Source of the DNA: Bacteroidota bacterium
Lineage (GTDB): Bacteria; Bacteroidota; Ignavibacteria; UBA10030; UBA8401
NCBI GenBank assembly: GCA_023229405.1
Contig: JALNZH010000003.1
Location: 1-36,768 of the forward strand
Reading direction: 5' to 3'
DNA length: 36,768 nucleotides
Position 1 is the first letter of the stretch; the number at the start of each line of letters is the position of its first letter. Position numbers and translations under genes: made by a program. The notes beneath the pieces were generated by a model. The model did not search any database and was not told the DNA's origin. It was given only the letters and a program-made list of their open reading frames with translations. Shown here in pieces: positions 1 through 9,395 of the stretch.

Positions 1-1359
1 ATCGCCGTTTTCTTTCACTGCGGGAATTTCGTGATAGCTGGATTTTGTTTTACTCAGCATCTGACGGTAATACAACCGGGCAACCCTCCGTTGTTCGTCT
101 TCTTTCACGAACATTGTGAAATGTTTTCCCAACACGTCGTTCAAGGAATATCCGAACATGGTGAGACCCACCGGATTGACATAGGTGAAATTTCCATGTT
201 CATCCGCTCGATAGATGACATCCGATGCATTTTCAATGATTTGGCGGTACCGTTCTTCGCTCTCAGCAAGTTTTTGCTGCGCATGTTTCTGCTCGGAGAT
301 ATCGATGAACGCCGCCATAGCATATTGCAGTTCGCCGTCACTATCATAGATCGGTGCGCCAGTAACATACAGTGGTACCACGGCATCCGGCTTCCAGAGT
401 TCGACATCGGAAACGGTAGACCGTTCTCCTTTCAGCGCCCGCACAATAGGAAGTAGTTTGGAAGGATAGACCATATCCGTTCCTTGCATATATGCGTGAT
501 ACACTTCCGTCAATTTGTCCGCAGTGACATTTGTGACTATTCCTTCTCCCAGAATTTTTTTCGCCGCTTCATTGGCATAAAATGGTTTTCCATCGGCAGT
601 CAAAATAAAAATTCCTGCAGGGACTGCTTCCAGAAAACTGATAAAACGTTTTTCACTGTTCCGGACTTCCTTTTCCGCTTTCGTGCGCTGGCGCACTTCC
701 CGGGTGAGAAAAATAAAGACGATGATCATCAACACGACGCTGACAAATCCGCCAAAGGAAATCATCAGCAACGTACGATTCGTCTGATTCGTGGTTTGTA
801 ATTTTTGTCCAGAAAGATATTTCAACTCAAGCGCTTCAATCGTATATACCAGACTGTCGATCCGACGGGAAATATCCTGGCTTGTCTTCACCGAATACCG
901 TTTGTCCGCATTTTGTTGATCGCTTCGGATTAGTGCATCAATTTTTTCATTATTAAATTCTTCCCGAACTTTAATAACGCGCTCCAGCGATTTGAACGTA
1001 CGCGTTTGTTGTGAATCGACGGAGATCAACGAACGTACGCTGTTCATATAATACCGGACGGTATCGATTTTTCTATGGTATGAGGTGAGATAGGAGGAAT
1101 CCGATGTGAGAAAAAATGTACGAAGTTCGGTTTGACCAAATGACAGTGCAACGATCACTTCATTCAATTTCCGAATTATTTCATACGCTTGTGACACCGT
1201 GCCGTAATCTTCGGAGAGTTTTACTACTGTCCGGAAAGCAAACGTCCCAGCCACGAACAACGTTACCAGCGAAGCAACAAATGCGATCATCAGCCTCCGC
1301 GAGAACTTCGACTTTTTCGGATGTTGTGATCCTGCGAGTGACGTCACTATTGGCTCCAT
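1..1359 (-). CDS. Membrane sensor protein, TM-CHASE3-like-TM-PAS-PAS (probable histidine kinase or similar); 3' end runs off the window
   Basis: Manual translation from ATG at 1359 (MEPIVTSLAGSQHPKKSKFSRRLMIAFVASLVTLFVAG...) is open to position 1. It shows TM1, a CHASE3-like segment (QTELRTFFLTSDSSYLTSY), TM2 (LLMISFGGFVSVVLMIIVFIFL), then PAS domains (SEKRFISFLEAVPAGIFILTADGKPFYANEAA; SEERYRQIIENASDVIYRADEHGNFTYVNP). Missing from the ORF track because there is no stop codon in the window. Confidence 0.9.
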   Translation of the reverse strand, partial: MEPIVTSLAGSQHPKKSKFSRRLMIAFVASLVTLFVAGTFAFRTVVKLSEDYGTVSQAYEIIRKLNEVIVALSFGQTELRTFFLTSDSSYLTSYHRKIDTVRYYMNSVRSLISVDSQQTRTFKSLERVIKVREEFNNEKIDALIRSDQQNADKRYSVKTSQDISRRIDSLVYTIEALELKYLSGQKLQTTNQTNRTLLMISFGGFVSVVLMIIVFIFLTREVRQRTKAEKEVRNSEKRFISFLEAVPAGIFILTADGKPFYANEAAKKILGEGIVTNVTADKLTEVYHAYMQGTDMVYPSKLLPIVRALKGERSTVSDVELWKPDAVVPLYVTGAPIYDSDGELQYAMAAFIDISEQKHAQQKLAESEERYRQIIENASDVIYRADEHGNFTYVNPVGLTMFGYSLNDVLGKHFTMFVKEDEQRRVARLYYRQMLSKTKSSYHEIPAVKENGD

Positions 1360-1362
1360 TGT

Positions 1363-3015
1363 TTACTTCATGGGGATTTGAACGTTGAAGCGTGCAGCAT
1401 TTTCTTTTGCACGGCGGTAACCCGCATCTGCATGACGAATAATACCCATGCCTGGATCGTATGTTAACACTCGTTCCAAACGAGCGTCAGCTTCCTCCGA
1501 TCCGTCGCACACAATCACCATGCCGTTGTGGATGGAGTTACCGATGCCGACACCGCCACCATGATGTACACTGACCCAGCTTGCGCCACCGATGGAGTTC
1601 AGCATTGCACCAAGGATTGGCCAGTCGGCAATAGCATCGCTGCCGTCCATCATTTTTTCCGTTTCGCGGTTCGGCGATGCCACACTGCCGCAGTCCAGAT
1701 GATCTCGGCCGACGACAATCGGCGCTTTTACTTCGCCTCGACGAACCAGGTCGTTAAAAATTTTTCCCATCTTCGCCCGCTCGCCGTAGCCAAGCCAGCA
1801 GATACGCGCAGGAAGCCCCTGGAATGCCACCTGCTTCTGCGCTTTTTCAATCCAATTCTTCAATAATGTGTTATCCGGAAATGTTTCCAAAATTGCGCGG
1901 TCGGTTCTGTAGATATCTTCCGGATCGCCGGAGAGCGCTACCCAGCGGAACGGACCTTTCCCGTCGCAAAACAACGGACGAATATATTCGGGAACAAATC
2001 CTGGAATATCGAATGCATTTTTCACGCCGCCTACCTGCGCTTCACCGCGGATATTGTTGCCGTAATCGAATACGATCGTTCCTTTTTTCTTCAGCGACAG
2101 TAATCCTTTTACGTGCGTTACGATCGACGCTCGGGAGAGCTCGACATATTTTTTCGGATTCTTTTTTCTCAGTACGAGCGCCTGTTCAAATGTCATTCCG
2201 GCGGGAACGTATCCATTCAACGGATCGTGCGCAGAAGTCTGATCGGTAACAATGTCGGGAAGGAATTTCCCGCGGGCAATTTTTGGCACGATCTCCGCCG
2301 CATTTCCGAGCAGTCCAACGGAAAGCGGCTGCTTTTCCTTTTTCGCTTTCATGATTATTGCCAATGCCTCGTTATAATCTTCCGTCATCACATCAAGATA
2401 TTTAGTGGCAAGGCGTTTTTCAATACGGGTACGATCAACTTCAATTGCAAGACACGCTGCTCCGTTCATGGTTGCGGCGAGCGGCTGTGCGCCCCCCATG
2501 CCCCCTAATCCAGCAGTCAGTAAAAATTTTCCCGCTAACGTTCCACCGAAATGCTGACGCGCCGCTTCGGCGAACGTTTCATACGTTCCCTGCAGGATTC
2601 CCTGTGTTCCGATGTAGATCCAACTTCCGGCGGTCATTTGACCATACATTGTCAGTCCGAGCGCTTCCAGCCGGCGGAACTCATCCCACGTAGCCCATTT
2701 GGGGACAAGCATGGAGTTGGAGATTAATACGCGCGGTGCGTCGGCGTATGTGCGGAAAATACCGACCGGTTTGCCGGACTGCACCAGCAGCGTTTCGTTA
2801 TTTTCCAATGTTGTCAAAGCGTCAACAATGGAATCAAAACATTTCCAGTTGCGGGCCGCTTTGCCGGTGCCGCCATAGACGATTAATTCCTGCGGACGTT
2901 CTGCAACATCGGGATCGAGATTATTCATCAGCATCCGAATGGCGGCTTCCTGAATCCACCCTTTCGCAGAGATGGAAGTTCCTCGCGGAGCGCGGATAAT
3001 GCGGGATTGAGACAT
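1363..3015 (-). CDS. hutU: Urocanate hydratase
   Basis: 550 aa with urocanase motifs [89 protein letters not shown]. Confidence 0.98.
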   Translation of the reverse strand: MSQSRIIRAPRGTSISAKGWIQEAAIRMLMNNLDPDVAERPQELIVYGGTGKAARNWKCFDSIVDALTTLENNETLLVQSGKPVGIFRTYADAPRVLISNSMLVPKWATWDEFRRLEALGLTMYGQMTAGSWIYIGTQGILQGTYETFAEAARQHFGGTLAGKFLLTAGLGGMGGAQPLAATMNGAACLAIEVDRTRIEKRLATKYLDVMTEDYNEALAIIMKAKKEKQPLSVGLLGNAAEIVPKIARGKFLPDIVTDQTSAHDPLNGYVPAGMTFEQALVLRKKNPKKYVELSRASIVTHVKGLLSLKKKGTIVFDYGNNIRGEAQVGGVKNAFDIPGFVPEYIRPLFCDGKGPFRWVALSGDPEDIYRTDRAILETFPDNTLLKNWIEKAQKQVAFQGLPARICWLGYGERAKMGKIFNDLVRRGEVKAPIVVGRDHLDCGSVASPNRETEKMMDGSDAIADWPILGAMLNSIGGASWVSVHHGGGVGIGNSIHNGMVIVCDGSEEADARLERVLTYDPGMGIIRHADAGYRRAKENAARFNVQIPMK

Positions 3016-3070
3016 GACAACAACTCCAAAGTTTTATTAAACAAATATATAACAAAAAAGGCGAAACTGC

Positions 3071-3514
3071 TCAGTGCAATTTTGCCTTTTCGTCCGTCAC
3101 ACCGCAATGTGGCGACATTCTCATCAGAACTGGTTCGGATACAACATATCCCGCTTTCTTTACCTCGAAGAGAAAATGGATTGCATAAACCATCGCCCAT
3201 TGATTCTTGCTGTACTCTCCCGGCCAGTAACTGAAGTATCCGTCCGGCTGCTGCATGGAAGCGATCTTGGAGATCGCTTCGGTTACAAAATAAGTCGGAC
3301 TGCCGTTGTTGAGAATTGTCGGATCCAGAACGGAGGCAATATCCCGTAGGTAGATTTGCGGGAACGCTTTGGATGTTGTTTGTTCCAGGCAGCCGTGCGG
3401 ATAACCGACGAGATGCTTCAATTGCTTTGCAAAATTTGCAACTGGCGGTGAATATGGTTTAGCCGGGGCATTGGAACAATCAGCAGCGAAAGAAAGAACA
3501 AGAGAAGAACACAA
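3071..3514 (-). pseudogene. Isolated fragment of a bacterial alpha-2-macroglobulin thioester domain
   Basis: LKHLVGYPHGCLEQTTSKAFP (CxEQ thioester motif, DNA 3380-3403), followed by SMQQPDGYFSYWPG and WAMVYAIHFLFEVKKAGY. Only about 110 homologous residues of a protein normally >1500 aa. TTG start with no RBS and a non-homologous N-terminus. Confidence 0.8.
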
Positions 3515-3839
3515 GGGGGAGGAATAATAAAGAGGAGGAAATATTTCCTGTGTACAATCCGCATGCGTGATGGAAAAAAATGTCGTTGATGTGTGTAACC
3601 GAAGTGAATTAGCAGAAATATAGAAGCAGGATGAGAGAAAAGCGAGGATACAGTCGATGGGAATCTTGGTGTTTCAATCCTCCGGCCCGGACGACATCAC
3701 CATCCGAGTAATCATTCAATCACTTTCTTGTTTCAGTCCACCGAATTGTCCGGAAGTTGAATGCCGCTATACGGAAGTCCGGGCAGAATTCTCAGCCGCA
3801 GTTGAACTGCCGCAGAGCCATCTCTTCTTTTGTATATTT

Positions 3840-4036
3840 GTAACAACTCACCGTAATTAATATTTAGGCTAAAAATATTGGTCATGCTGAGCGCCCGCCT
3901 GACCGACACTGTCGTGCAGACAGCGATGAATCTGTAGTGCACATCATCGAATGTGTTACTCTTCGTATCGGATTCTTCACTTCGTTCTGCCATACAACTG
4001 TAGAACTCGTTCAGAATGAAGACGATAGTATATTGA
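3840..4036 (-). mobile_element. Truncated second copy of the GTAA-ended MITE at 13726-13942
   Basis: The reverse complement aligns by eye with about 13750-13942 (tcattctgaacgag...gaagtgaagaatccgata...ttcgatgatgtg...gtcggtcaggcgggcgc...cctaaata...ttacg.tgagt..ttac). It retains one terminus (GTAACAACTCACCG, 3840-3853); the other is lost next to the stop codon at 4040. Confidence 0.85.
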
Positions 4037-4039
4037 TTT

Positions 4040-4483
4040 TTATGCCACTTCGTCGTGCAGTGTTGTGTGTAATCTTTTGTGGTGCTGCAGATATCGTTTA
4101 TTCGCAACGGCTGAACGGATTCCGAGAATCAACAACGCTATACCTCCTCCGAGTAATGTTGCAGTAAACAACTGCTGTCGGGGAATACTTTCTTCAATGA
4201 TCCGCCGTGTTGTTTCATGATTGATCGTTTGAACTTCGGACATCATCGAAAGTACTGTCCATAATCCAAGTCCTCCCAATTCCAGCAATGTAGCGGCGAT
4301 AAAAATAATGAGCAGCGAATCCAATATATCCCGCTTGGGTATCAGAATACGCTGCTGCAGTTGTTCAAACGTGTAAAAGAGAGAAACCTCAAAGTGGTGC
4401 CGACGTTCCTGACGTTTAAACACATACGCCCCGACACCAATAAGAATGATCAACGGCAGATAATCATAAGGGGTGAGATTCAT
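4040..4483 (-). CDS. Hypothetical membrane protein (3 predicted TM), probable ECF target
   Basis: 147 aa: N-terminal TM, basic YVFKRQERRH, two further hydrophobic helices. ATGA overlap with the upstream gene. Confidence 0.75.
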   Translation of the reverse strand: MNLTPYDYLPLIILIGVGAYVFKRQERRHHFEVSLFYTFEQLQQRILIPKRDILDSLLIIFIAATLLELGGLGLWTVLSMMSEVQTINHETTRRIIEESIPRQQLFTATLLGGGIALLILGIRSAVANKRYLQHHKRLHTTLHDEVA

Positions 4484-4833
4484 TGAATACCTCCGGCGGC
4501 AGGTATTTTCTTTTCCCGCGTCGCCAACATATTACGCCGAACGATCAGCACCAGCATCACACCGATGCCGATCGGGAAAAATAAAATGAACGGTGGAGCA
4601 TATACCGGCAATTTTAATTTACCGATAATGAAAAAAAAATATAACAGGAAGAGAATAAATCCGAGATACAGCACCGTAAACACAATCGTAAGTACTATCC
4701 CGGAGGGAGATTCCCGTTGAATGGCAACATCCGGTAGTGTATTTTCTTTCAAGTTTGCAATAAGCAGCGCGTGCCGCTTTTCTCTTCGATAATACTCGTA
4801 TCCGAGTGTGAACGCCAATAATACAGTGATCAT
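4480..4833 (-). CDS. Hypothetical membrane protein, similar architecture to 4040-4483 (DUF6249-like topology by inference)
   Basis: Start reassigned to ATG 4833 (MITVLLAFTLGYEYYRREKRH) behind an AAGGAGAG RBS. Short TM, basic segment, two TMs. Confidence 0.75.
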   Translation of the reverse strand: MITVLLAFTLGYEYYRREKRHALLIANLKENTLPDVAIQRESPSGIVLTIVFTVLYLGFILFLLYFFFIIGKLKLPVYAPPFILFFPIGIGVMLVLIVRRNMLATREKKIPAAGGIQ

Positions 4834-4856
4834 ATATGATTCTCTCCTTTTTTTTA

Positions 4857-4919
4857 TTAGACTTCCCCGCGCGGATATTTCTTTCACCCTGAAAGATTTT
4901 TCCTGCAAACCGAGTCTTA
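4857..4919. promoter_or_regulatory. Back-to-back ECF sigma promoters TGAAAGA-N16-AGTCT(A/T)A
   Basis: Plus strand: TGAAAG 4890-4895, 18-nt spacer, GTCTTA 4914-4919. Minus strand: TGAAAG 4886-4881, 18-nt spacer, GTCTAA 4862-4857. The spacers are unrelated in sequence. Confidence 0.7.
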
Positions 4920-4927
4920 CAACATAT

Positions 4928-5431
4928 ATGATGACATTCCGGGAAATTGTCGATACTTATTCTTCGCAGGTGTATAACCACGCGGTATCGCTCCTGAAGA
5001 ATAACGAAGAAGCAGAAGAAGCGACGCAGGATGTTTTTCTGAAGATTCATAAGGCGATTGACCTATTCCGGGGTGATGCAAAACTTTCCACCTGGATCTG
5101 GAGGATCACCGCCAATGTCTGTTTTACCCGTCTCGCAAAAAAAAGGATTCGCACCGATTCGTTAGAGGAGATGACATACGATATTTCGGACGGGCATTCT
5201 TTCTCAGCAGAGTTTAACAGACATGAACAGAAGGAAATCATCGAAACAATGCTGACACGGCTCCCTCCGCAGCAAGCATCAATTATATTGCTTTTTCACA
5301 TTGAAGGAAAATCGTACAAGGAACTCGCGGAGACGTTCAACCTTCCGGAAGGGACTATTGCAACGCTGTTATACCGGGGTAGAGAAAACCTGCGGAAGCA
5401 ATTATCAAAGTCATTCAAGGAGTTTTTATGA
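4928..5431 (+). CDS. ECF-family RNA polymerase sigma factor
   Basis: Region 2 EAEEATQDVFLKIH...FRGDAKLSTWIWRITANVC and region 4 LPPQQASIILLFHIEGKSYKELAETFNLPEGTIATLLYRGRENLRK. Start reassigned to ATG 4928 (or 4931). Confidence 0.95.
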   Translation: MMTFREIVDTYSSQVYNHAVSLLKNNEEAEEATQDVFLKIHKAIDLFRGDAKLSTWIWRITANVCFTRLAKKRIRTDSLEEMTYDISDGHSFSAEFNRHEQKEIIETMLTRLPPQQASIILLFHIEGKSYKELAETFNLPEGTIATLLYRGRENLRKQLSKSFKEFL

Positions 5432-5835
5432 CGGAACAACAGTTTCTAAAACCATTCCAAGCAAATGCCGGCTCGCTGGAAGAATTACAGGCGCTACTCT
5501 CTTCCGGGATGTTGCCCCAATCCGACGAACAAAAACTACGTGCTCATATCGTACTTACTAAAGTACTAAAACAACTGCCGATAGAACAAGTGCCCGAAAC
5601 ATTGCGCGCCAGTCTGTATGCACTTGAACAGCCAACACCGGGCAAACAGGTATTGATGATTGCTTCAGATATGCTGCATCCTGTTCTTTTCATCGCCTTC
5701 GGAATTACAGGATTCGTGATAGTAAATACTAACAGCATCTCTTTTCAATTCAGTGTTCTCTCGACGATCGTATTATCCACTGCATTCGGTGGGATCTTTT
5801 ACGACCTCTTCAAACCACGATTCTTTTCAGTTTAA
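5428..5835 (+). CDS. Putative membrane-anchored anti-sigma factor
   Basis: ATGA overlap with the sigma gene; soluble N-terminus and two C-terminal TM helices. No HxxxCxxC ZAS motif, so the function is inferred from position. Confidence 0.6.
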   Translation: MTEQQFLKPFQANAGSLEELQALLSSGMLPQSDEQKLRAHIVLTKVLKQLPIEQVPETLRASLYALEQPTPGKQVLMIASDMLHPVLFIAFGITGFVIVNTNSISFQFSVLSTIVLSTAFGGIFYDLFKPRFFSV

Positions 5836-5879
5836 AAATACATACAGCTATCTTTACGTAGATTTAGATTCCTTAACGA

Positions 5880-6062
5880 GAGGCTACCTCAAGAATACTT
5901 TTGTTCATCGTCATTCTGAGTGCCGCATATACTATGTATCATCGCGGGACGAAGAATCTGCCTGGAAGTACACTATTCGAACCAGATTCTTCACTTCATC
6001 CGACTTTACGAATTAGGGGATTTCGTTCTAAATGACAGCACGATCGTTTTTGAGATAGCATA
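5880..6062. mobile_element. Degenerate MITE-like element enclosing a GTCATTCTGAG...GAAGAATCT/AGATTCTTC...AATGAC palindromic core
   Basis: Core at 5910-6036. Imperfect terminal inverted repeats GCTACCTCAA (5883-5892) and TTGAGATAGC (6050-6059). Lies between convergent genes. No TSD seen. Confidence 0.6.
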
Positions 6063-6103
6063 TACTCATCTACTCAACTATCCAACAACTCAACATCTTC
6101 CTT

Positions 6104-6991
6104 TTAATGAAGATACTTCTTCACCACAGCAATCAGTTCTTCCGGTTCAGTCGGTTTGGTGATATACTCCGTAACGCCGATCCGTTTTGCATGATCCATG
6201 AACTCTTTTTGGATGAATGCAGAAACGAGAATAAACGGCATGGTAAATTTTTTCGCCCGGGTATTGGTAAAAACATCCATTCCAGTCGGTCTGCCAATGC
6301 CGAAATTTATGTCGCATAATACAAGCGCCGGCTGTTTTTCGGCAATAATACGCACGGCAATTTCAGGAGAATCAGCCGTAACACATTGATAATTATTTTC
6401 CTCTAGCGTTTTCCTTGTCAGAAACAGTTGCGTCTCATTATCGTCTGCAACAAGAATGAGCGGACCGGTCGGATCATCATACACAGGCGACGGTTTTTCT
6501 ACCGGCACTGGCCGTTTCGGAGCTTCCGCCTTTTTTGCCGGAGCGGGCAACGGCTCCTCTTCCTTCGGTAATCCCGGCACGTGTTGTTTCAGCTTGTCGG
6601 ATCGGTTCATTACTCCGGATTGTTTCGGCGGTTCCGGCGGTTTTGGTGCTTCCGCTTTTTTTACCGGCGGCACGAATTGTTTTGGAATCTCCGGCGAATT
6701 GGGAGCGGGTTTTTTCGGTTCCGCATTAAATTTTTCTTGAATGATGAGCTTGTCATCTTCCGTGATTTTGTACTGTTTCCGCAGATCACCCATAAAGGTA
6801 ACCCCTTTTCTCTCCCGTTCTTTCACTTTGCGGATGTATGTGTCGATACGGATTTCGTCTTCGATCTGTTGATACTCTGCCTCGGAAAGTTTCAGGCTTT
6901 TTTTCACTGCATCGATTTGGGACTGCATCGTACTGGTGATGATCCCGGTTTCAAATGCTTCATGGAGTAATGATATCAGTTCGTCGCGCAT
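6104..6991 (-). CDS. Response regulator: helical N-terminal domain, Pro/Lys-rich linker, C-terminal receiver domain
   Basis: REC motifs LILVADDN, LVLCD, ILVSA, YITKP. The linker has a duplicated KKAEAPK. No DNA-binding output domain. Confidence 0.9.
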   Translation of the reverse strand: MRDELISLLHEAFETGIITSTMQSQIDAVKKSLKLSEAEYQQIEDEIRIDTYIRKVKERERKGVTFMGDLRKQYKITEDDKLIIQEKFNAEPKKPAPNSPEIPKQFVPPVKKAEAPKPPEPPKQSGVMNRSDKLKQHVPGLPKEEEPLPAPAKKAEAPKRPVPVEKPSPVYDDPTGPLILVADDNETQLFLTRKTLEENNYQCVTADSPEIAVRIIAEKQPALVLCDINFGIGRPTGMDVFTNTRAKKFTMPFILVSAFIQKEFMDHAKRIGVTEYITKPTEPEELIAVVKKYLH

Positions 6992-7069
6992 ATAATTTTC
7001 GAAGGAATGTTTCTCTGCCGGATTTTATGTCCTCCGGTGTCTCCCGGTAATATTAATCTGCCGGAAATG

Positions 7070-7540
7070 TTATGGTGTGATGCGTTGTGATCCGATAACA
7101 TTTCGGATCTCCGCAATTAATTGTTCCGGTTCTACAGGTTTGGTGACATAATGGGTAATGCCGAGTTTTGCAGCCCGGTCTTTCGCTTCTTGCTGAATAA
7201 ATGCCGACACGATCACGAACGGCACATGAGCATCCACACGGCGAATTTCGGCAAACACATCCGTGCCGCTGGTTCTGCCGATGCCGAAATTGATGTCGCA
7301 CAACACGACCGCCGGATGTTTCTCCAGTGCGATACGTACCGCCGTGCCCGGCGAATCGGTGGTAACACATTCGTATCCGTTTGATTCGACAACGCGTTTA
7401 ACGTAGCGCAAAAATGGTTCATTATCGTCGGCGACAAGCACCAGCGGAATGGAGGACGTATCACCGGATTGAGACTGGCTGTCCTTCTTCTTCGTTCGCT
7501 CACCAGAAGGTTTGTATGGAGAAAAAAAATCTTCGCTCAT
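7070..7540 (-). CDS. Single-domain response regulator, paralog of the receiver in 6104-6991
   Basis: Start reassigned to ATG 7540 (MSEDFFSPYK). Motifs LVLVADDN, VVLCDINFGIGR, VIVSAFIQ, YVTKP. Confidence 0.9.
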   Translation of the reverse strand: MSEDFFSPYKPSGERTKKKDSQSQSGDTSSIPLVLVADDNEPFLRYVKRVVESNGYECVTTDSPGTAVRIALEKHPAVVLCDINFGIGRTSGTDVFAEIRRVDAHVPFVIVSAFIQQEAKDRAAKLGITHYVTKPVEPEQLIAEIRNVIGSQRITP

Positions 7541-7605
7541 GATTGTTTCACGCTTCCTGCCAGTTTTGGCAGTACATGACATCGTAATAGAAAGAGTGGG
7601 GTCGA

Positions 7606-7980
7606 TCAGATTCCTTTGGCGTATTTTCGGATGACTGACCGCATGATGCTCACATTCGCACCGGCAGATTCTGCAGCTACGTAGAACAGCGCCTTTCCGG
7701 ATTTGGACAAGGTCAGAAGATGCACCTGGGTATCCATCGTAATGCACATATCTTTAATCGATTCATTTAACCGAAGCGCTTTAATCGTCTGCTGCTGCGC
7801 TTTCACCACTTCAAGCATGTGGGCACACGCAACGTCCGGATCAAAACCATCCCGGACACTGAAGGTGTCCATTGAAAGTTCATCGATGATCTCTACAACA
7901 CCGACGGCGATCGCTCCGCTTAATTCGGACAGGACACCGTCGATAAAATCTCCCGCCAGTGTCCCCTTACTGTATGCCAT
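7606..7980 (-). CDS. Roadblock/LC7-like protein
   Basis: 124 aa with GAIAVGVV, FDPDVACAHMLEVVKAQQQTIKALRLNESIKDMCITMDTQVHLL and ANVSIMR, a pattern I recognise from stand-alone bacterial roadblock-fold proteins. Confidence 0.7.
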   Translation of the reverse strand: MAYSKGTLAGDFIDGVLSELSGAIAVGVVEIIDELSMDTFSVRDGFDPDVACAHMLEVVKAQQQTIKALRLNESIKDMCITMDTQVHLLTLSKSGKALFYVAAESAGANVSIMRSVIRKYAKGI

Positions 7981-8089
7981 GATAAATGCCTTTTACCGTT
8001 ACCGTTGTTGATAATTCTTCACGTCAATGTACTGAGAATTTCATCCAAGAACCATTCTCTAAGAATATTATAATATTAAGGAAAAGGGA

Positions 8090-9283
8090 TTAAACGATCC
8101 GGATGATCAGCGCCGTAATATCGTCGTTCAGTTCCATTCCGCCGGCAAATTGCATTACTGCGCCCATGAGTGCGATGCCGGATTCCTCCGCCGATTTCCC
8201 CGGAAGACGGTGGAGCATCGCCTTGATGCGCTCCATACCGAACTGTTCCTGCGCTGTGTTGGATGTTTCGGTCAGCCCGTCCGTAATCAAGCAGAAACAC
8301 TCTCCGGAACGGATCGGAATCGTGGTTGAGGCAAAGGTTGAAGCGGGACTGATTCCCAGTGCCAGATTGTGATTACGGAATTCTTCCACCGTACCGGAGA
8401 CCGGATCGAACCTCAAAATTGGTGGATGACCAGCTGTGACCAGCGTTGCCGTCATGGTCGTGCGATTGAACAGCCCCAGTGCGCAGGTGACGAACATATT
8501 TTTCTTCGTCACTCCGTGGATCGTGGCATTGACATTCCGTAACACATCGGAAGGTGATTGTGTGTGCCGAAGTTCCTGAATGATGCCGCTCTTCGTCATG
8601 GCGGAAAGAATCCCCGCTCCGGTGCCATGACCGGAGGCGTCGGCAACAACAGCAAGAATTTTATCGTCCTGCACCGATAGAAGATCGTAAAAATCTCCGC
8701 CGATTTGCGCGGCGGGAATACTCAATCCTGCCGCGTCACACCACGGAAGCGTCAATCCACTTTTCGGAAGCAGCGATTCGTGAATGGTTTGCGCCAGTTT
8801 TACATCCGCTTCGATCTCCGCCCGGCGGCGGCTCTCTTTGCCAAACGATCTGACGAACAGTGCGTACCCCGTAGAAATACAGAGCACTGCCATCATTCCG
8901 AATGAGATCCGTTTTATTACGATATCGGACAGTTGTTCGGATGAAAGACTGAAGGGAATATCTGCTCTGACAGAAATTTCCGGCACATCCGACCGGAGAA
9001 ATTCCGGCTTCAGGATCGCCAATGAAAAGATGATGATAACATATGCAGAGATGGTGAAGAACAAACGGAATGGACGATTGAACGACATCACCAGCGTCCA
9101 CGAAAACAATCCGCACAACACTGTCATCAGTATCAGTTGAAGCCAGGAAGCCGGAATGATTGGTTCGTCCATCAACAATGTTAACGGACCGATAGCGGCA
9201 AACAAAAAAAAGACCGCCATCGCAAATTGACGGAGATCTTGTTTATTCATTGTTTTCCAGATTTCATGCGGCAATCGTGCCAT
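8090..9283 (-). CDS. Membrane-bound PP2C/SpoIIE (RsbU-like) Ser/Thr phosphatase
   Basis: Four TM segments, then LAQTIHESLLP, IGGDFYD, VADASGHG, MFVT, AGHPP, TDGLTE, DDIT. Start reassigned to ATG 9283 behind AGGTGAG. Confidence 0.92.
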   Translation of the reverse strand: MARLPHEIWKTMNKQDLRQFAMAVFFLFAAIGPLTLLMDEPIIPASWLQLILMTVLCGLFSWTLVMSFNRPFRLFFTISAYVIIIFSLAILKPEFLRSDVPEISVRADIPFSLSSEQLSDIVIKRISFGMMAVLCISTGYALFVRSFGKESRRRAEIEADVKLAQTIHESLLPKSGLTLPWCDAAGLSIPAAQIGGDFYDLLSVQDDKILAVVADASGHGTGAGILSAMTKSGIIQELRHTQSPSDVLRNVNATIHGVTKKNMFVTCALGLFNRTTMTATLVTAGHPPILRFDPVSGTVEEFRNHNLALGISPASTFASTTIPIRSGECFCLITDGLTETSNTAQEQFGMERIKAMLHRLPGKSAEESGIALMGAVMQFAGGMELNDDITALIIRIV

Positions 9284-9395
9284 ACTCACCTGTTCAATTA
9301 TTCGTAACGGGAACTTGTTCAATCTTACGGTAAAGCACGAGGGAAGATGCAAAAAACGATTGATATTTCCTTCAAAACTTCTTACTCTTTTTATT

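Noticed and set aside
3671-3695. GTTTCAATCCTCCGGCCCGGACGAC resembles a type I-C CRISPR repeat end
   Set aside because: Single copy, shorter than a typical repeat, no spacer periodicity and no cas genes in the window.
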